Shown: one piece after another, positions 38,239 to 47,387 of the stretch
Layout of the letters: the number at the start of each line of letters is the position of its first letter
How positions within the stretch are numbered: position 1 is the first letter of the stretch
Sequence record: PQ356295.1
Length of the DNA: 64,000 nt
Origin: Escherichia phage KKE7M
Reading direction: 5' to 3' (one strand)
The notes under the pieces: generated by a model
The model's database searches: none
The model's input: the letters and a program-made list of their open reading frames with translations, nothing else
What the model was told of the DNA's origin: nothing
Made by a program: the position numbers and the translations under genes

Positions 38239-38620
38239 GATTTTTAATCATAGTTTCTCGACAGAGATTCCACATATCTGAAGCAACCATAGAGGCATAT
38301 TCATCGGGGTTGGATTCTGGTAAAATCTCTTTGACTGCTTCTGGTGTCGGATTGCACATAGCAGGTAGTGCTTTAAGTGCATCTTCAATAGAGAGCTTCT
38401 TACCTTCACTGTAAATAATCTCGTAATCATAGTCATTTACATCTTCCGAAATATCCCGATCCAGGTAACGTACAGTGGAGTTATGCATTTTGTTCATAGA
38501 TTCACTAACACCAGCACCACAAAGCTGTGCAACTTCTTTAGAGATACAGTCACAAATAACAACTTCGTAAGGCTTTCCACCATAATACTGCGCATTATAT
38601 TTGATTTTAACAGACCACAT
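38216..38620 (-). CDS. hypothetical protein (134 aa)
   Basis: ORF. Confidence 0.5.
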   Translation of the reverse strand: MWSVKIKYNAQYYGGKPYEVVICDCISKEVAQLCGAGVSESMNKMHNSTVRYLDRDISEDVNDYDYEIIYSEGKKLSIEDALKALPAMCNPTPEAVKEILPESNPDEYASMVASDMWNLCRETMIKNLVEMAHE

Positions 38621-38630
38621 ATTACTCTCC

Positions 38631-39317
38631 TTATTTAACGTGTTTTAGCAATTCAATGTTAGCAGAATAGTTTTCACCACAATTAGTAACGCTCAACAGT
38701 GACCATTTACAAGAGAATACACCTTTTAGATGATCTGGAATACACATCAACGGAACATAAACTGTTTCTGAATCTTCTGTTTGCTCTGTTTTGTTAACAT
38801 TGCAACAAAATGGCAATACATCATCATGAATCATTTTACATTCACTCAAATTGTCTAACATATGTGAAACTTGTTCTGAAGTTTCAAACATTTCTGCTTC
38901 ACAAGCCAGTGCACCAACCACTTGATAAGCCTCTCCACACAAATCTTCTAGTTCTAAAATACGTTCAGACATAGTTTCGATGATTGCTGATCGTGCTTTC
39001 ACTTTAGTTTCTGCTTCTTTAATTTTATTCTCAAGTTCGGCAATGTACTTCAGTAGTGCACTAACAACATCTTGAGTATTTTCTTGATCATCTTGGGAAA
39101 TTTTTACCAAAGAAGAAGCTGCTTTGCAGCGCACTTTAGGCTCTACGTAGCCAAAAGTCATATTTTCCGAAGAAGATTGTTGTGAAAACCAGTGTTTGTT
39201 CGAAGAAAACACAGGTTCATCTTCAAACCAGAACACATCCCCAGTAATATCACGAGCCATGAAGTTTGCATTATCTGGAACTTCGTAACGATGCCCTTCA
39301 AACATAATCTCTTTCAT
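38631..39317 (-). CDS. hypothetical protein with coiled-coil segment (228 aa)
   Basis: Heptad-like LLKYIAELENKIKEAETKVKAR. Confidence 0.5.
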   Translation of the reverse strand: MKEIMFEGHRYEVPDNANFMARDITGDVFWFEDEPVFSSNKHWFSQQSSSENMTFGYVEPKVRCKAASSLVKISQDDQENTQDVVSALLKYIAELENKIKEAETKVKARSAIIETMSERILELEDLCGEAYQVVGALACEAEMFETSEQVSHMLDNLSECKMIHDDVLPFCCNVNKTEQTEDSETVYVPLMCIPDHLKGVFSCKWSLLSVTNCGENYSANIELLKHVK

Positions 39318-39901
39318 TACACATCCTCCATTTGGAACATCTCTTTGTGGTTAGAATAGATCTGTTTGAAAATCTTGTCAAGGCGTTCATATGATTCTTT
39401 ATGCTCTTGTTTCCATCCGTGATTTCGGATTTTATCTGCCAGGTCATAAACCTCGCATAAAACTTTGGCAAAGTTGGTATTATTTATAGCACAAGCCTCA
39501 AAACCTTGAACTAAACCCTCTACATCGTACCACGTATAGTCAGAGTCACTAGGAGGCTTTCCTGCATCGGCTAAACGTTGCCTTACCCATTCAATACGTT
39601 TTTCATTCAAATGGCACTTACCTTCTCTGCACTCTTGTTCTAATTCTTCTTTAGATTCATTGAATGGGTGAAGGACAGGAAGTTCTGCTTTTTGCAATTG
39701 CTCCAGGTATTCACCTACAATGCGCATAGCTTCACTGTGTGTACACTTTCTGCCTGTGTGCCAGTAACGGAAGATACTTTCTGTTAAACAGATGTTTTTA
39801 CTAAACATCGCATTGTCTTTAACATTCGATCTAGTAACCCAGTCTATATAATATACATAAAACTGCAATAATTCATAACTGCTTGGTATAATTTTACTCA
39901 T
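39317..39901 (-). CDS. hypothetical protein, paralog family member 1 (194 aa)
   Basis: Shares SxYxLLxFY, LHPFN, HLNEKRIEWV motifs with 40525-40893 and 42821-43186. Confidence 0.5.
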   Translation of the reverse strand: MSKIIPSSYELLQFYVYYIDWVTRSNVKDNAMFSKNICLTESIFRYWHTGRKCTHSEAMRIVGEYLEQLQKAELPVLHPFNESKEELEQECREGKCHLNEKRIEWVRQRLADAGKPPSDSDYTWYDVEGLVQGFEACAINNTNFAKVLCEVYDLADKIRNHGWKQEHKESYERLDKIFKQIYSNHKEMFQMEDV

Positions 39902-39910
39902 GACTTCTCC

Positions 39911-40078
39911 TTAGTTGTGCAAAATGTTATCGATCAGTATGACTAGTAGTACGAGGATAGAAGGGAGCAGGAATAGAAATCTTAACATTATGTGATGCGT
40001 GTGAGAAGCGGCTTTAGCTCCAGCCGCCAATAAGCCTACTAGTCCTACAATAAAGAGGAGTTGTTCAGGGACACCCAT
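39911..40078 (-). CDS. small membrane protein (55 aa)
   Basis: Hydrophobic; below ORF-track cutoff. Confidence 0.3.
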   Translation of the reverse strand: MGVPEQLLFIVGLVGLLAAGAKAASHTHHIMLRFLFLLPSILVLLVILIDNILHN

Positions 40079-40079
40079 A

Positions 40080-40304
40080 TTATGGAACACTTGGATACTC
40101 CGTAAGTTTAGCTAACAGTTGAATATGTGGACACGTAAATTGTTGTCCTGGATAGCGTGAGCTAATATCCTCCAGTAAAGCGATCACAGCATTGTGCAAT
40201 GCTTCGTAATCTTCATAATACACCATTTCTCCATTAGGATCTTCAACAATATCGCAGTGACAAGCGTGAGCAGTACACGCATCCCATTCCAGACGTTTTA
40301 CCAT
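40080..40304 (-). CDS. hypothetical Cys/His-rich protein (74 aa)
   Basis: CTAHACHCD motif. Confidence 0.45.
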   Translation of the reverse strand: MVKRLEWDACTAHACHCDIVEDPNGEMVYYEDYEALHNAVIALLEDISSRYPGQQFTCPHIQLLAKLTEYPSVP

Positions 40305-40313
40305 AAATCCTCC

Positions 40314-40532
40314 TTACTTATACATTTGATATGATACATAACGATTGCAATCAAGTGCGAGAAACTTTTCAGCATCCCTTTGATGCTTGAACACAATACA
40401 CTGTTCTTTTTTAGCTTCACTTTCACGAGCTTCTCTTGCCATATAATCACCTAAACGAACGATATTAGAGAACAATACGTATGCAAGAATAAGACAAACA
40501 GTAATTGCACAGAAAATTTTAAACTTAACCAT
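40314..40532 (-). CDS. small membrane protein (72 aa)
   Basis: Start refined to ATG with GGAGGG RBS. Confidence 0.45.
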   Translation of the reverse strand: MVKFKIFCAITVCLILAYVLFSNIVRLGDYMAREARESEAKKEQCIVFKHQRDAEKFLALDCNRYVSYQMYK

Positions 40533-40893
40533 TGTATCCCTCCATATCACGAATACGATCAATCACCCATTGTACACGTTCTTTGTTAAGGTGTGCAGTG
40601 CCTAGCTCTGTTTCCGTAAAGTAATGTGAGAAATCTGTATTAAATGGATGTAAATGGTTCAAACCCGCTTTCTTAAACTGTTCCTTCATTTCCTCTCGTA
40701 CAGAGGATTGGAGTTTTGATACATTTTCAACATCTTTTATCCAAGCGATGTTATATAAGAAGTCTACAAGACACGTGCAAAGACCATAGTGCTTTTTGCT
40801 AAAGTTTGTATCTTCTTGTTCCAACCACCACTCATAAAATTGTAGCAAATAGGGGCTGCTTTTCATGTTACACACTTTATTATTCTCTTGCAT
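40525..40893 (-). CDS. hypothetical protein, paralog family member 2 (122 aa)
   Basis: SPYLLQFYEWW, GLCTCL, LHPFN, HLNKERVQWVIDRI. Confidence 0.5.
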   Translation of the reverse strand: MQENNKVCNMKSSPYLLQFYEWWLEQEDTNFSKKHYGLCTCLVDFLYNIAWIKDVENVSKLQSSVREEMKEQFKKAGLNHLHPFNTDFSHYFTETELGTAHLNKERVQWVIDRIRDMEGYNG

Positions 40894-40902
40894 GGCTTCT
40901 CC

Positions 40903-41202
40903 TTAATGCCAGTCTACGATCACTGAATCTACAAAACCCTCTTTGGTGTTTAAAGCATACACCTTACTAAGTCCACGCTCTCGTAGTGCTTCCATAGCAA
41001 GATCAATCAAATCAACTTGGCGTTTCCTTGCTTGTTCATTTGTCGGGTAGTCATCCAAACCGAAAACAGATGGTTTAAATGCTTTGGAGTATTTACCAGT
41101 CTTAGCCTGATCATAACAGTCCTGAATGACTTCATCAATAGGAAACCACAAGCCTTCTCCACTTTGTTTTGCAATACAACGCAGTTTTTCTGTAACAGTC
41201 AT
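40903..41202 (-). CDS. hypothetical protein (99 aa)
   Basis: ORF. Confidence 0.45.
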   Translation of the reverse strand: MTVTEKLRCIAKQSGEGLWFPIDEVIQDCYDQAKTGKYSKAFKPSVFGLDDYPTNEQARKRQVDLIDLAMEALRERGLSKVYALNTKEGFVDSVIVDWH

Positions 41203-41420
41203 TCTTCCTCTCCTTTCAATTTACACTCAAAGATACCATTCTTAATGTTATCTGTCAAATAAAGGCTATCTTCTATCTCTTCTTTTGTATACACATAAGC
41301 CTCCTTTTCCACGTCAGTCAGACCTTGCATCGGAGCTAGTAGCCACCAGCCCCGCCAGTCAAACATAGGAGACTTATCAGATACACGAAGAATGTATCTG
41401 TCATTACACATATTATACAA
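41199..41420 (-). CDS. hypothetical protein (73 aa)
   Basis: ORF. Confidence 0.45.
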   Translation of the reverse strand: MYNMCNDRYILRVSDKSPMFDWRGWWLLAPMQGLTDVEKEAYVYTKEEIEDSLYLTDNIKNGIFECKLKGEEE

Positions 41421-41865
41421 TGTTCACATGAACATCTGCAACACCAATAAGAGAATAGACTTCAACTACACTCTGTGTACGATCCAGCTTGTAACGTTTT
41501 GCCTCTTTTTCAACTTCCTCACGGTAGATGGTTTCCACGATTGGAACTCCATCCACTACAAGCAGGTATTTCTCTTCATGCTTACTTTTTGGTGCTTCTT
41601 CTAATACCTCTACAAAGTATTCAAACTCACTCTCTACAAGCAATGTGTAACACTGAAGAAAATCTCCTTCATTTTGAGTGATAATTTCTTGCTCTCCTGC
41701 TAAGGATTGCAAAGAAGTGACACCATACCAGTCATCAATATCTAATACACGAAAATAGGAATCACCTAAGAAAGAAGCAATCCTGCTATTGAACTCAGAC
41801 ACATTAGCAAACTTACGGATATAAGATTCGTTCTTAAAACGATACACTTTACCAATTTCAAACAT
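41413..41865 (-). CDS. hypothetical protein (150 aa)
   Basis: ORF. Confidence 0.5.
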   Translation of the reverse strand: MFEIGKVYRFKNESYIRKFANVSEFNSRIASFLGDSYFRVLDIDDWYGVTSLQSLAGEQEIITQNEGDFLQCYTLLVESEFEYFVEVLEEAPKSKHEEKYLLVVDGVPIVETIYREEVEKEAKRYKLDRTQSVVEVYSLIGVADVHVNIV

Positions 41866-41876
41866 TACACAACTCC

Positions 41877-42059
41877 TTATTGTTCAATAGTAAAAGGAAT
41901 GATTTCACCATAACTGTGTTGCATTTGCATGGCATCCACTTCTGCTTCTGCGCGTTGTGCTAGTTCTAATGTTGCACAGATCTTGTAAGGGACAGTGCTG
42001 CATTGGTTCCAGTCTAGGGTATTCTTTGTTACTAAGTACACAGTAGTTTGTTTATCCAT
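41877..42059 (-). CDS. hypothetical protein (60 aa)
   Basis: ORF. Confidence 0.4.
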   Translation of the reverse strand: MDKQTTVYLVTKNTLDWNQCSTVPYKICATLELAQRAEAEVDAMQMQHSYGEIIPFTIEQ

Positions 42060-42074
42060 CTTCTTTTCCTCTCT

Positions 42075-42335
42075 TTAAACAGTATATTCGTGTGGAAGGA
42101 AAACATAGTCTTCTCCTTCAACAACATCAACTACTTCCCAATTCCAGCCAGGTACTTGGCTCATTGTCTTGAATGACACATAAGCAACTCCGCTGTAAGC
42201 TATATCGGCATCCAATATAAGAGGGAAAGCAACGTGTGTCAACCCCAGATAGCCACAATTATTCTCGATACACACCCTAATGCTTTTCATGTTATGCTCC
42301 ATTAAAGACGGGGCGTGTAGCGTTACGTTCATCAT
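42075..42335 (-). CDS. hypothetical protein (86 aa)
   Basis: ORF. Confidence 0.45.
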   Translation of the reverse strand: MMNVTLHAPSLMEHNMKSIRVCIENNCGYLGLTHVAFPLILDADIAYSGVAYVSFKTMSQVPGWNWEVVDVVEGEDYVFLPHEYTV

Positions 42336-42750
42336 TCACTGTAATAAGGTTTTTCATAACCATAACACCCTGAATATAGCCTAGCCAACGATGGCGTTTG
42401 GTTTCAGACATACCATTACACCCATCCTGAATTTCATTCAACATCCACAGCAAGTGGGAAGCACCTGTTTCACTAGTATCTGGATCTTCTACAGAACTAA
42501 GAATCGTTTCATAGCGTTCACAAATTTCTGGGTAGAATTCATAATCCTGTAGTACATCTCGCATTTCTTGAATGAAGTGACGAGCAATAGGTTTTCCACG
42601 AAAATATTCATTGAGGAAATCAATAACACACATCTCACTGCCTGTCACCACGGAAGGCTTTCCTATGTTAAATTGAACACTCACACCGCATTCTTTTACA
42701 AGATTATGTACACGCTCCGTGTTAGCAAGATACAAAGATACAGTTTTCAT
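42292..42750 (-). CDS. hypothetical protein (152 aa)
   Basis: ORF. Confidence 0.5.
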   Translation of the reverse strand: MKTVSLYLANTERVHNLVKECGVSVQFNIGKPSVVTGSEMCVIDFLNEYFRGKPIARHFIQEMRDVLQDYEFYPEICERYETILSSVEDPDTSETGASHLLWMLNEIQDGCNGMSETKRHRWLGYIQGVMVMKNLITVNDERNATRPVFNGA

Positions 42751-42820
42751 TTACACCTCTCATTAGTAGTTTGTTATGCGCGATATTGTATATCTTATGG
42801 AACACAGTGTACAGACATTT

Positions 42821-43186
42821 CTATTCAATGCAAGCATTATTTGCATCTTCGATTCTGTCTTTCACCCACTGCAATCTCTTTGGGTTGGTATGGCAAGAAT
42901 GTGTCTTACCTTCATCTTCATAACACAGAAGATCATAATTAAAGGGTAGGAAGGAGGATAGCCCAGCACACGTGAATTGCAGTTTCATCTCTTCCAGTGT
43001 TTTACTACGAACCATCTTGAAATATTCTATATCTTCTTCCGTAGGTTTTTTCTTTGACATAGTGGTTGCCAGGTAATCCATAAGGCAATTACACAAACCA
43101 ACATTCTCACGATGCATTGAGGAATGATCTTCCATCCATGCTTTGTAAAATTCTAACAGCAGAGGACTGCTAAGAGGAACACACAT
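42821..43186 (-). CDS. hypothetical protein, paralog family member 3 (121 aa)
   Basis: Start refined (AAGGAG RBS); SPLLLEFYKAW, GLCNCL, LPFN, RLQWVKDRI. Confidence 0.5.
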   Translation of the reverse strand: MCVPLSSPLLLEFYKAWMEDHSSMHRENVGLCNCLMDYLATTMSKKKPTEEDIEYFKMVRSKTLEEMKLQFTCAGLSSFLPFNYDLLCYEDEGKTHSCHTNPKRLQWVKDRIEDANNACIE

Positions 43187-43546
43187 ATCAGACTCCTTTA
43201 TAAATTTACGTTTCATGCTACACATCATACAGCGTCTTTTCATCTATTACAAGAACAGCAACCTAGAAACATCATTAATAGAGGAATTAGTATAGGATTT
43301 CCCTATCAATTATTCTATATATACCTAATATTTTTAACACACCCCTTTGTACATAATATAGACAAATAAATATCTATGCCACAAAAATTTTCCGGTATAC
43401 CCGATTTATTTCGACACACCCCCTTTTCATAAGCGTAAAGCCAATAATATCAATAACTTGCCGCAAAATACTGCTCGCTTGCGAGAGGTGCTTAACGCGA
43501 TTTTTAGCGCCCCCGATTTCTGCCGACCGTCCCCCTCAAATATCAA

Positions 43547-43561
43547 TGAGAATTATTATCA
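43547..43561. promoter_or_regulatory. Fur-box-like 7-1-7 palindrome TGAGAATTATTATCA
   Basis: 14/15 match to TGATAAT-N-ATTATCA. Confidence 0.45.
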
Positions 43562-43741
43562 TTTGCATTATCATTCAATGACTTATAAGACTTTTGATTA
43601 TTTTCTGAGCAAGAAAGGCACTACTCACAACAAAACAGATAAATTATAAGTAAATCAATGACTTGGCAAGTCTAAACATCTATATACACCTTGCCAAATG
43701 AAATGATCCTGCGTGAAATAGTGCTACCCGTGGAAGATAGC

Positions 43742-43756
43742 TGATAATGATTATCA
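43742..43756. promoter_or_regulatory. Fur-box-like palindrome TGATAATGATTATCA (perfect 7-1-7 match), with TATACT -10-like hexamer 14 bp downstream
   Basis: Exact match to Fur 7-1-7 consensus TGATAAT-N-ATTATCA. Confidence 0.55.
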
Positions 43757-44279
43757 TTTGCATATTTTCTATACTATAAAACTACCTAAAAATCAAGATA
43801 ATTCTGATTTATTGCGCTTTTAAGAGAATAGGCTCAACAAATAGGCTATAACTATGCTCAACAAATGATAGGTTATATGGGGCAATAGTATGAAAAACCA
43901 TCTATTCAGATATAAATAATTTTGCGCAATAATGGTGATATTTTTCTTGACAAGAAAGATTTCTTTGTGTTCACATAGCGTCCCCTGGAAGGTGGCGCAT
44001 TATGATCATCAATGTCATTGTTCACGATGTTTATTATTGAATAGCTTATTATATGTAGCTTATATTATAGCCAATGTTCCAAACATTAGCTAATAATAAC
44101 GCACCGCAACAATGTAAGGGATACAATATACCATGTATATTGTTGCGCTTGCAATTGTTGCAAGCTACATAAGCACAAATAATAACTATCGGTGATGGTT
44201 ATTATGTGGGGTGTGTAGTTGCGTTATTATTAGCCGCCTATGTGTCCGGCATAGGCTGCTAATGATACGCTTGCTAATT

Positions 44280-44640
44280 ATATTTCTTGTTATAATTATT
44301 GTATGAAATGATTACGGTATGAAATGATTATTTAGGTAATAGATAGTAAGGTAAAGATTAGATCATAAATAGATAGGATATTAATTATTTAGTAATGTTA
44401 CTAACAATTTAATAGTTACTTTGTGCAACAATTCGATAGATTATAGTTATAGTTTTAAAGGTTAGATAGATTATATTTAGCTTGGTAATGATTTATATTA
44501 GTTATTGTTGTTTAATATAAGGTTATCAATGAGATAGTAACAGTAAGTTATAAATAAAGGTGAAATAATTAGCTTTAATTTAGTTAGATAACTTATTATT
44601 TTATAGGTTAGATGGTCATAAGTTAAGAATGATTATCATT
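44280..44640. repeat. AT-rich iteron-like repeat block (TAGATAG repeats, 14-bp direct repeat GTATGAAATGATTA x2)
   Basis: Read directly; ORF-free. Confidence 0.5.
44624..44638. promoter_or_regulatory. Fur-box-like palindrome TAAGAATGATTATCA
   Basis: 13/15 match to 7-1-7 consensus. Confidence 0.4.
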
Positions 44641-44681
44641 ATTGCATTATGCAGTTTATTGCATAAATAATCAGCTATAAA

Positions 44682-44696
44682 TGAGAATGATTATTA
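44682..44696. promoter_or_regulatory. Fur-box-like palindrome TGAGAATGATTATTA
   Basis: 13/15 match to 7-1-7 consensus. Confidence 0.4.
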
Positions 44697-44903
44697 TTTA
44701 AGAGGAAAGACAAGAAAAAGGCTGTTTTTGCCAGATAGTTACATGGAGAAATTAAAAATAAGCGGTCTAAAACACGTTGTAAGCGCCTTATGATCTTCAT
44801 GGTATGGTTGTTCATCTGCTCCTTGATTAGCTCGATACCGCGATCTATTCACTTTTTTCGGTGAACGTTTTTGATAGGTAAAAGCTATCATCTTTATTTA
44901 GGT

Positions 44904-44930
44904 AAAAAGAAAGGGCGCTTTGTGCGCCCT
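44904..44930 (-). terminator. terminator hairpin GGGCGC-TTTGT-GCGCCC with flanking A/T tracts
   Basis: Downstream of minus gene ending 44946; same hairpin family at 46082 and 50473. Confidence 0.55.
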
Positions 44931-44945
44931 GGTGTGAAATGTTAT

Positions 44946-45329
44946 TTACTGATAAGCTGGATCGTTTGTTATATCAATCCAATGAGCTAAATTAATTTTA
45001 TTTTTTGCTTTCATTTTCTCGATCAAACGTTCGGCTAATGTCTCGGAACGAATATAAACATGCTCGCTAAAATCTTGCCCCGTTTCCTCGTCGATCATCT
45101 CGCGATATTCAATTTTCCCGATAAACGCATGATTCAGCGCATAAGTTTTACCCGTGTACCAGTTGTGCAAATGAATCTCACATTTATAATCATCGCTATA
45201 ACCTTCGGTTGTTCTAACTTCAACCAGATCGCCTTTAAACACTGATAAGCACCACATAGGATCACGATCTACAGCGCCGTTAAAGTCTTTACCGTTTACA
45301 GTAGCCGCCAGGTTGATGATATTGCTCAT
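44946..45329 (-). CDS. hypothetical protein (127 aa)
   Basis: Start refined to MSNIINL with GAGGAA RBS. Confidence 0.5.
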   Translation of the reverse strand: MSNIINLAATVNGKDFNGAVDRDPMWCLSVFKGDLVEVRTTEGYSDDYKCEIHLHNWYTGKTYALNHAFIGKIEYREMIDEETGQDFSEHVYIRSETLAERLIEKMKAKNKINLAHWIDITNDPAYQ

Positions 45330-45416
45330 GGTGATTCCTCGTTTACCGTTTAAAATGATTTGCCCTACGTGATAAATAATAATGTAAGCGCGATCCGGTG
45401 TCAATAAGAAAGTTAA

Positions 45417-45653
45417 TTATTTTGCATAATCAATAACAGCGCAGATTTTATCATTTACATCTTGTAAATCAAAAGCATAGGCGATCTTACCTTGCAATTT
45501 CCCACGGGTGAAACAGATACGATAAACGCCGTTTTTACTATCCTCTTCTGATTTTAGTATTTTTGCAACCGTTGCAATTAACAGATCATCAGAGTAAGCG
45601 ATAAAGCCACCACGTAAAATAGGTGATTTTTTGAGGATCATGACTTCTTTCAT
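45417..45653 (-). CDS. hypothetical protein (78 aa)
   Basis: ORF; promoter TTGACC-N17-TAATAT upstream (rc of 45702-45730). Confidence 0.45.
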   Translation of the reverse strand: MKEVMILKKSPILRGGFIAYSDDLLIATVAKILKSEEDSKNGVYRICFTRGKLQGKIAYAFDLQDVNDKICAVIDYAK

Positions 45654-46074
45654 TTTCTTTTTCCTGTTTTCGTTTTGGGTATGTTCTACCCTCTAAAAAC
45701 AATATTAAACTGCTATGATTTATCGGTCAATAGATGAGATTGTAAAGATTTGATAGTTTATTCCTTTGATGTTTTGTTGTTTGATAGTTATTAGCTATCA
45801 ATATATAGCGGGATCTTCCGGTGATTATCTTCCCCTGTCCCCAGGTGCCGCCCGTTCCATAATAATAATCAAAAGCAGGGTAAAAGGCAAGATAAAAAGC
45901 AAATTATTTCCTATGTGCTTTAAACGCTCTAAACAGCTTTATAACAGCTTTTTCATCCTGGTAAGGGGATTAATCATCCCTACCTTGTTTAAGCGGTTAC
46001 AGTCGGTTTTAGATGGTTTTACGCCACCTTTACGCCTATTCTTTACGTGTTGTTTCCATCGTGAAAAAAGAATA

Positions 46075-46107
46075 CAAAAAAGGGCGCTTAGTGCGCCCCT
46101 TTCTTTT
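46075..46107. terminator. bidirectional terminator hairpin GGGCGC-TTAGT-GCGCCC
   Basis: A tract before and T-rich tract after. Confidence 0.55.
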
Positions 46108-46115
46108 ACCGTGTA

Positions 46116-46505
46116 TTAATATTCGTTATAATACATCGCTAATTTTTCATCAAAAGCCGATTGACGATCAGCATACTCCCAAAACATTTCCTGATCCTGT
46201 TGGTCATCTTCATCCATCATGTTAAACTGTGCTACTTCCTGGTAAGTGATCGCCATATTATAACGATAGGTGATCTCTTCTGCGATGTTTTCCGGTAAAG
46301 ATGATTCTACACTGTCTAACAGCATATTTAACATCATTTCAGCCGCTTTTTCATCATTATCAAAGCAGTAAGCAGACCATGCCGCATGATGCTTATTCTT
46401 CATCTTTGCAATCAAGCCATTGACTAAAAAAGGCGCTACGTTGTTAACGATACCCTGTAAAGATTGGAATTTTTCAACGTTAGAAACAGAAACCAGGTTG
46501 CGCAT
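46116..46505 (-). CDS. hypothetical protein (129 aa)
   Basis: Start refined; track start ATG lies inside the 5' stem-loop. Confidence 0.5.
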   Translation of the reverse strand: MRNLVSVSNVEKFQSLQGIVNNVAPFLVNGLIAKMKNKHHAAWSAYCFDNDEKAAEMMLNMLLDSVESSLPENIAEEITYRYNMAITYQEVAQFNMMDEDDQQDQEMFWEYADRQSAFDEKLAMYYNEY

Positions 46506-46528
46506 AGTATTTACCTTTTTGATTACCT

Positions 46529-46587
46529 GGCGGGAAACCATTTCCCGCCTACGTGGTAAATAATACCATACTGGGGATCGGTGTCAA
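46529..46587 (-). promoter_or_regulatory. promoter plus 5' stem-loop cassette (TTGACA-N16-TATTAT then GGCGGGAAATGGTTTCCCGCC)
   Basis: Read directly; hairpin 46529-46549. Confidence 0.55.
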
Positions 46588-46593
46588 TACTTT

Positions 46594-46980
46594 TTATTCA
46601 ATATAAATCAAATTATCTTCACCAATGTAAGCATGCACCGATGGCATTAATTTAGCGGCATTTGTTAGGCGGTTCGCCGTGTTAGTGGTGTATATTTCAG
46701 GGCGATCCCAAAAGCCTACGCCGTGACCGTTACGGGTAAAATGTAAATCATTCCCGATCTGGTTTGCTGTAGCGCCGTCGCTCATTGCCTCAGAGATAGC
46801 TGCAACATTGGCATTACAAAAGGCGGTCACATCGCTGGTAATACGTTTCAGGGCGCTAGAAGAAAAATCATAATCGTCTAGATTCTCAATATATTCCCCA
46901 TTGTGATCCGTCGCTGGTTCGGCAAAAATAAAGGCTTCTTTATAGCCGTTGATCATTTCGTTAATGATTTCTGTTTTCAT
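46594..46980 (-). CDS. hypothetical protein (128 aa)
   Basis: ORF. Confidence 0.5.
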   Translation of the reverse strand: MKTEIINEMINGYKEAFIFAEPATDHNGEYIENLDDYDFSSSALKRITSDVTAFCNANVAAISEAMSDGATANQIGNDLHFTRNGHGVGFWDRPEIYTTNTANRLTNAAKLMPSVHAYIGEDNLIYIE

Positions 46981-47192
46981 GCTGTACGCTCAACAATAAT
47001 AATGGTTTGCGGGATCTCGTTTTCTACTACTATCAAGGCTTTTTTCTGCGTGATAGATATCTTTACCCGCTTCAGCGTGGCGGTAAAGTCTTTCATTTCG
47101 TCACGTGGTGTTTTAGTGCAATACCAGATCTCAGGTTTACCTATTTGCAAGCCGCGTAAAAATTCCGTTTTACCTGTCTTATTCGTGATCAT
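46977..47192 (-). CDS. hypothetical protein (71 aa)
   Basis: Start refined to ATG with AAGGTG RBS. Confidence 0.45.
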   Translation of the reverse strand: MITNKTGKTEFLRGLQIGKPEIWYCTKTPRDEMKDFTATLKRVKISITQKKALIVVENEIPQTIIIVERTA

Positions 47193-47202
47193 TTGTTTCA
47201 CC

Positions 47203-47307
47203 TTATCCAATACCGTGGGAAGATAGGATCATGTTAGCCATAGTTGCAATCACTCCAACCGATAACGCCAGGCCCACTATTACAACCGTGAAAATTTTCT
47301 CTAACAT
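47203..47307 (-). CDS. small hydrophobic peptide (34 aa)
   Basis: Preceded by promoter/stem-loop cassette; short. Confidence 0.3.
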   Translation of the reverse strand: MLEKIFTVVIVGLALSVGVIATMANMILSSHGIG

Positions 47308-47325
47308 GATGCTACCCTCATTAGT

Positions 47326-47387
47326 GGGCGTTGCCTTATTGCCCCGCCCTATGTGATACATATTATCAGCTTATTAGCCGTTGTCAA
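47326..47387 (-). promoter_or_regulatory. promoter plus stem-loop cassette (variant hairpin GGGCG...CGCCC)
   Basis: TTGACA (rc of 47382-47387) and CCTATGTGATACAT box. Confidence 0.45.

Noticed and set aside
37221-38414. Plus-strand ORFs (37221-37547, 37685-38047, 37944-38144, 37996-38247, 38060-38281, 38211-38414) in the minus-strand block
   Set aside because: Antisense to contiguous minus-strand genes with RBSs; Cys/Phe/Leu-rich translations typical of spurious frames.
43244-44945. tRNA or other structured RNA genes in the ORF-free regions
   Set aside because: No tRNA T-loop or acceptor-stem signatures recognised by eye; cannot be excluded without tRNAscan or covariance-model search.
45766-46225. 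Plus-strand ORFs 45766-46119 and 46013-46225
   Set aside because: Lie in a promoter/terminator region of the minus-strand block, no RBS, partly span a terminator hairpin.
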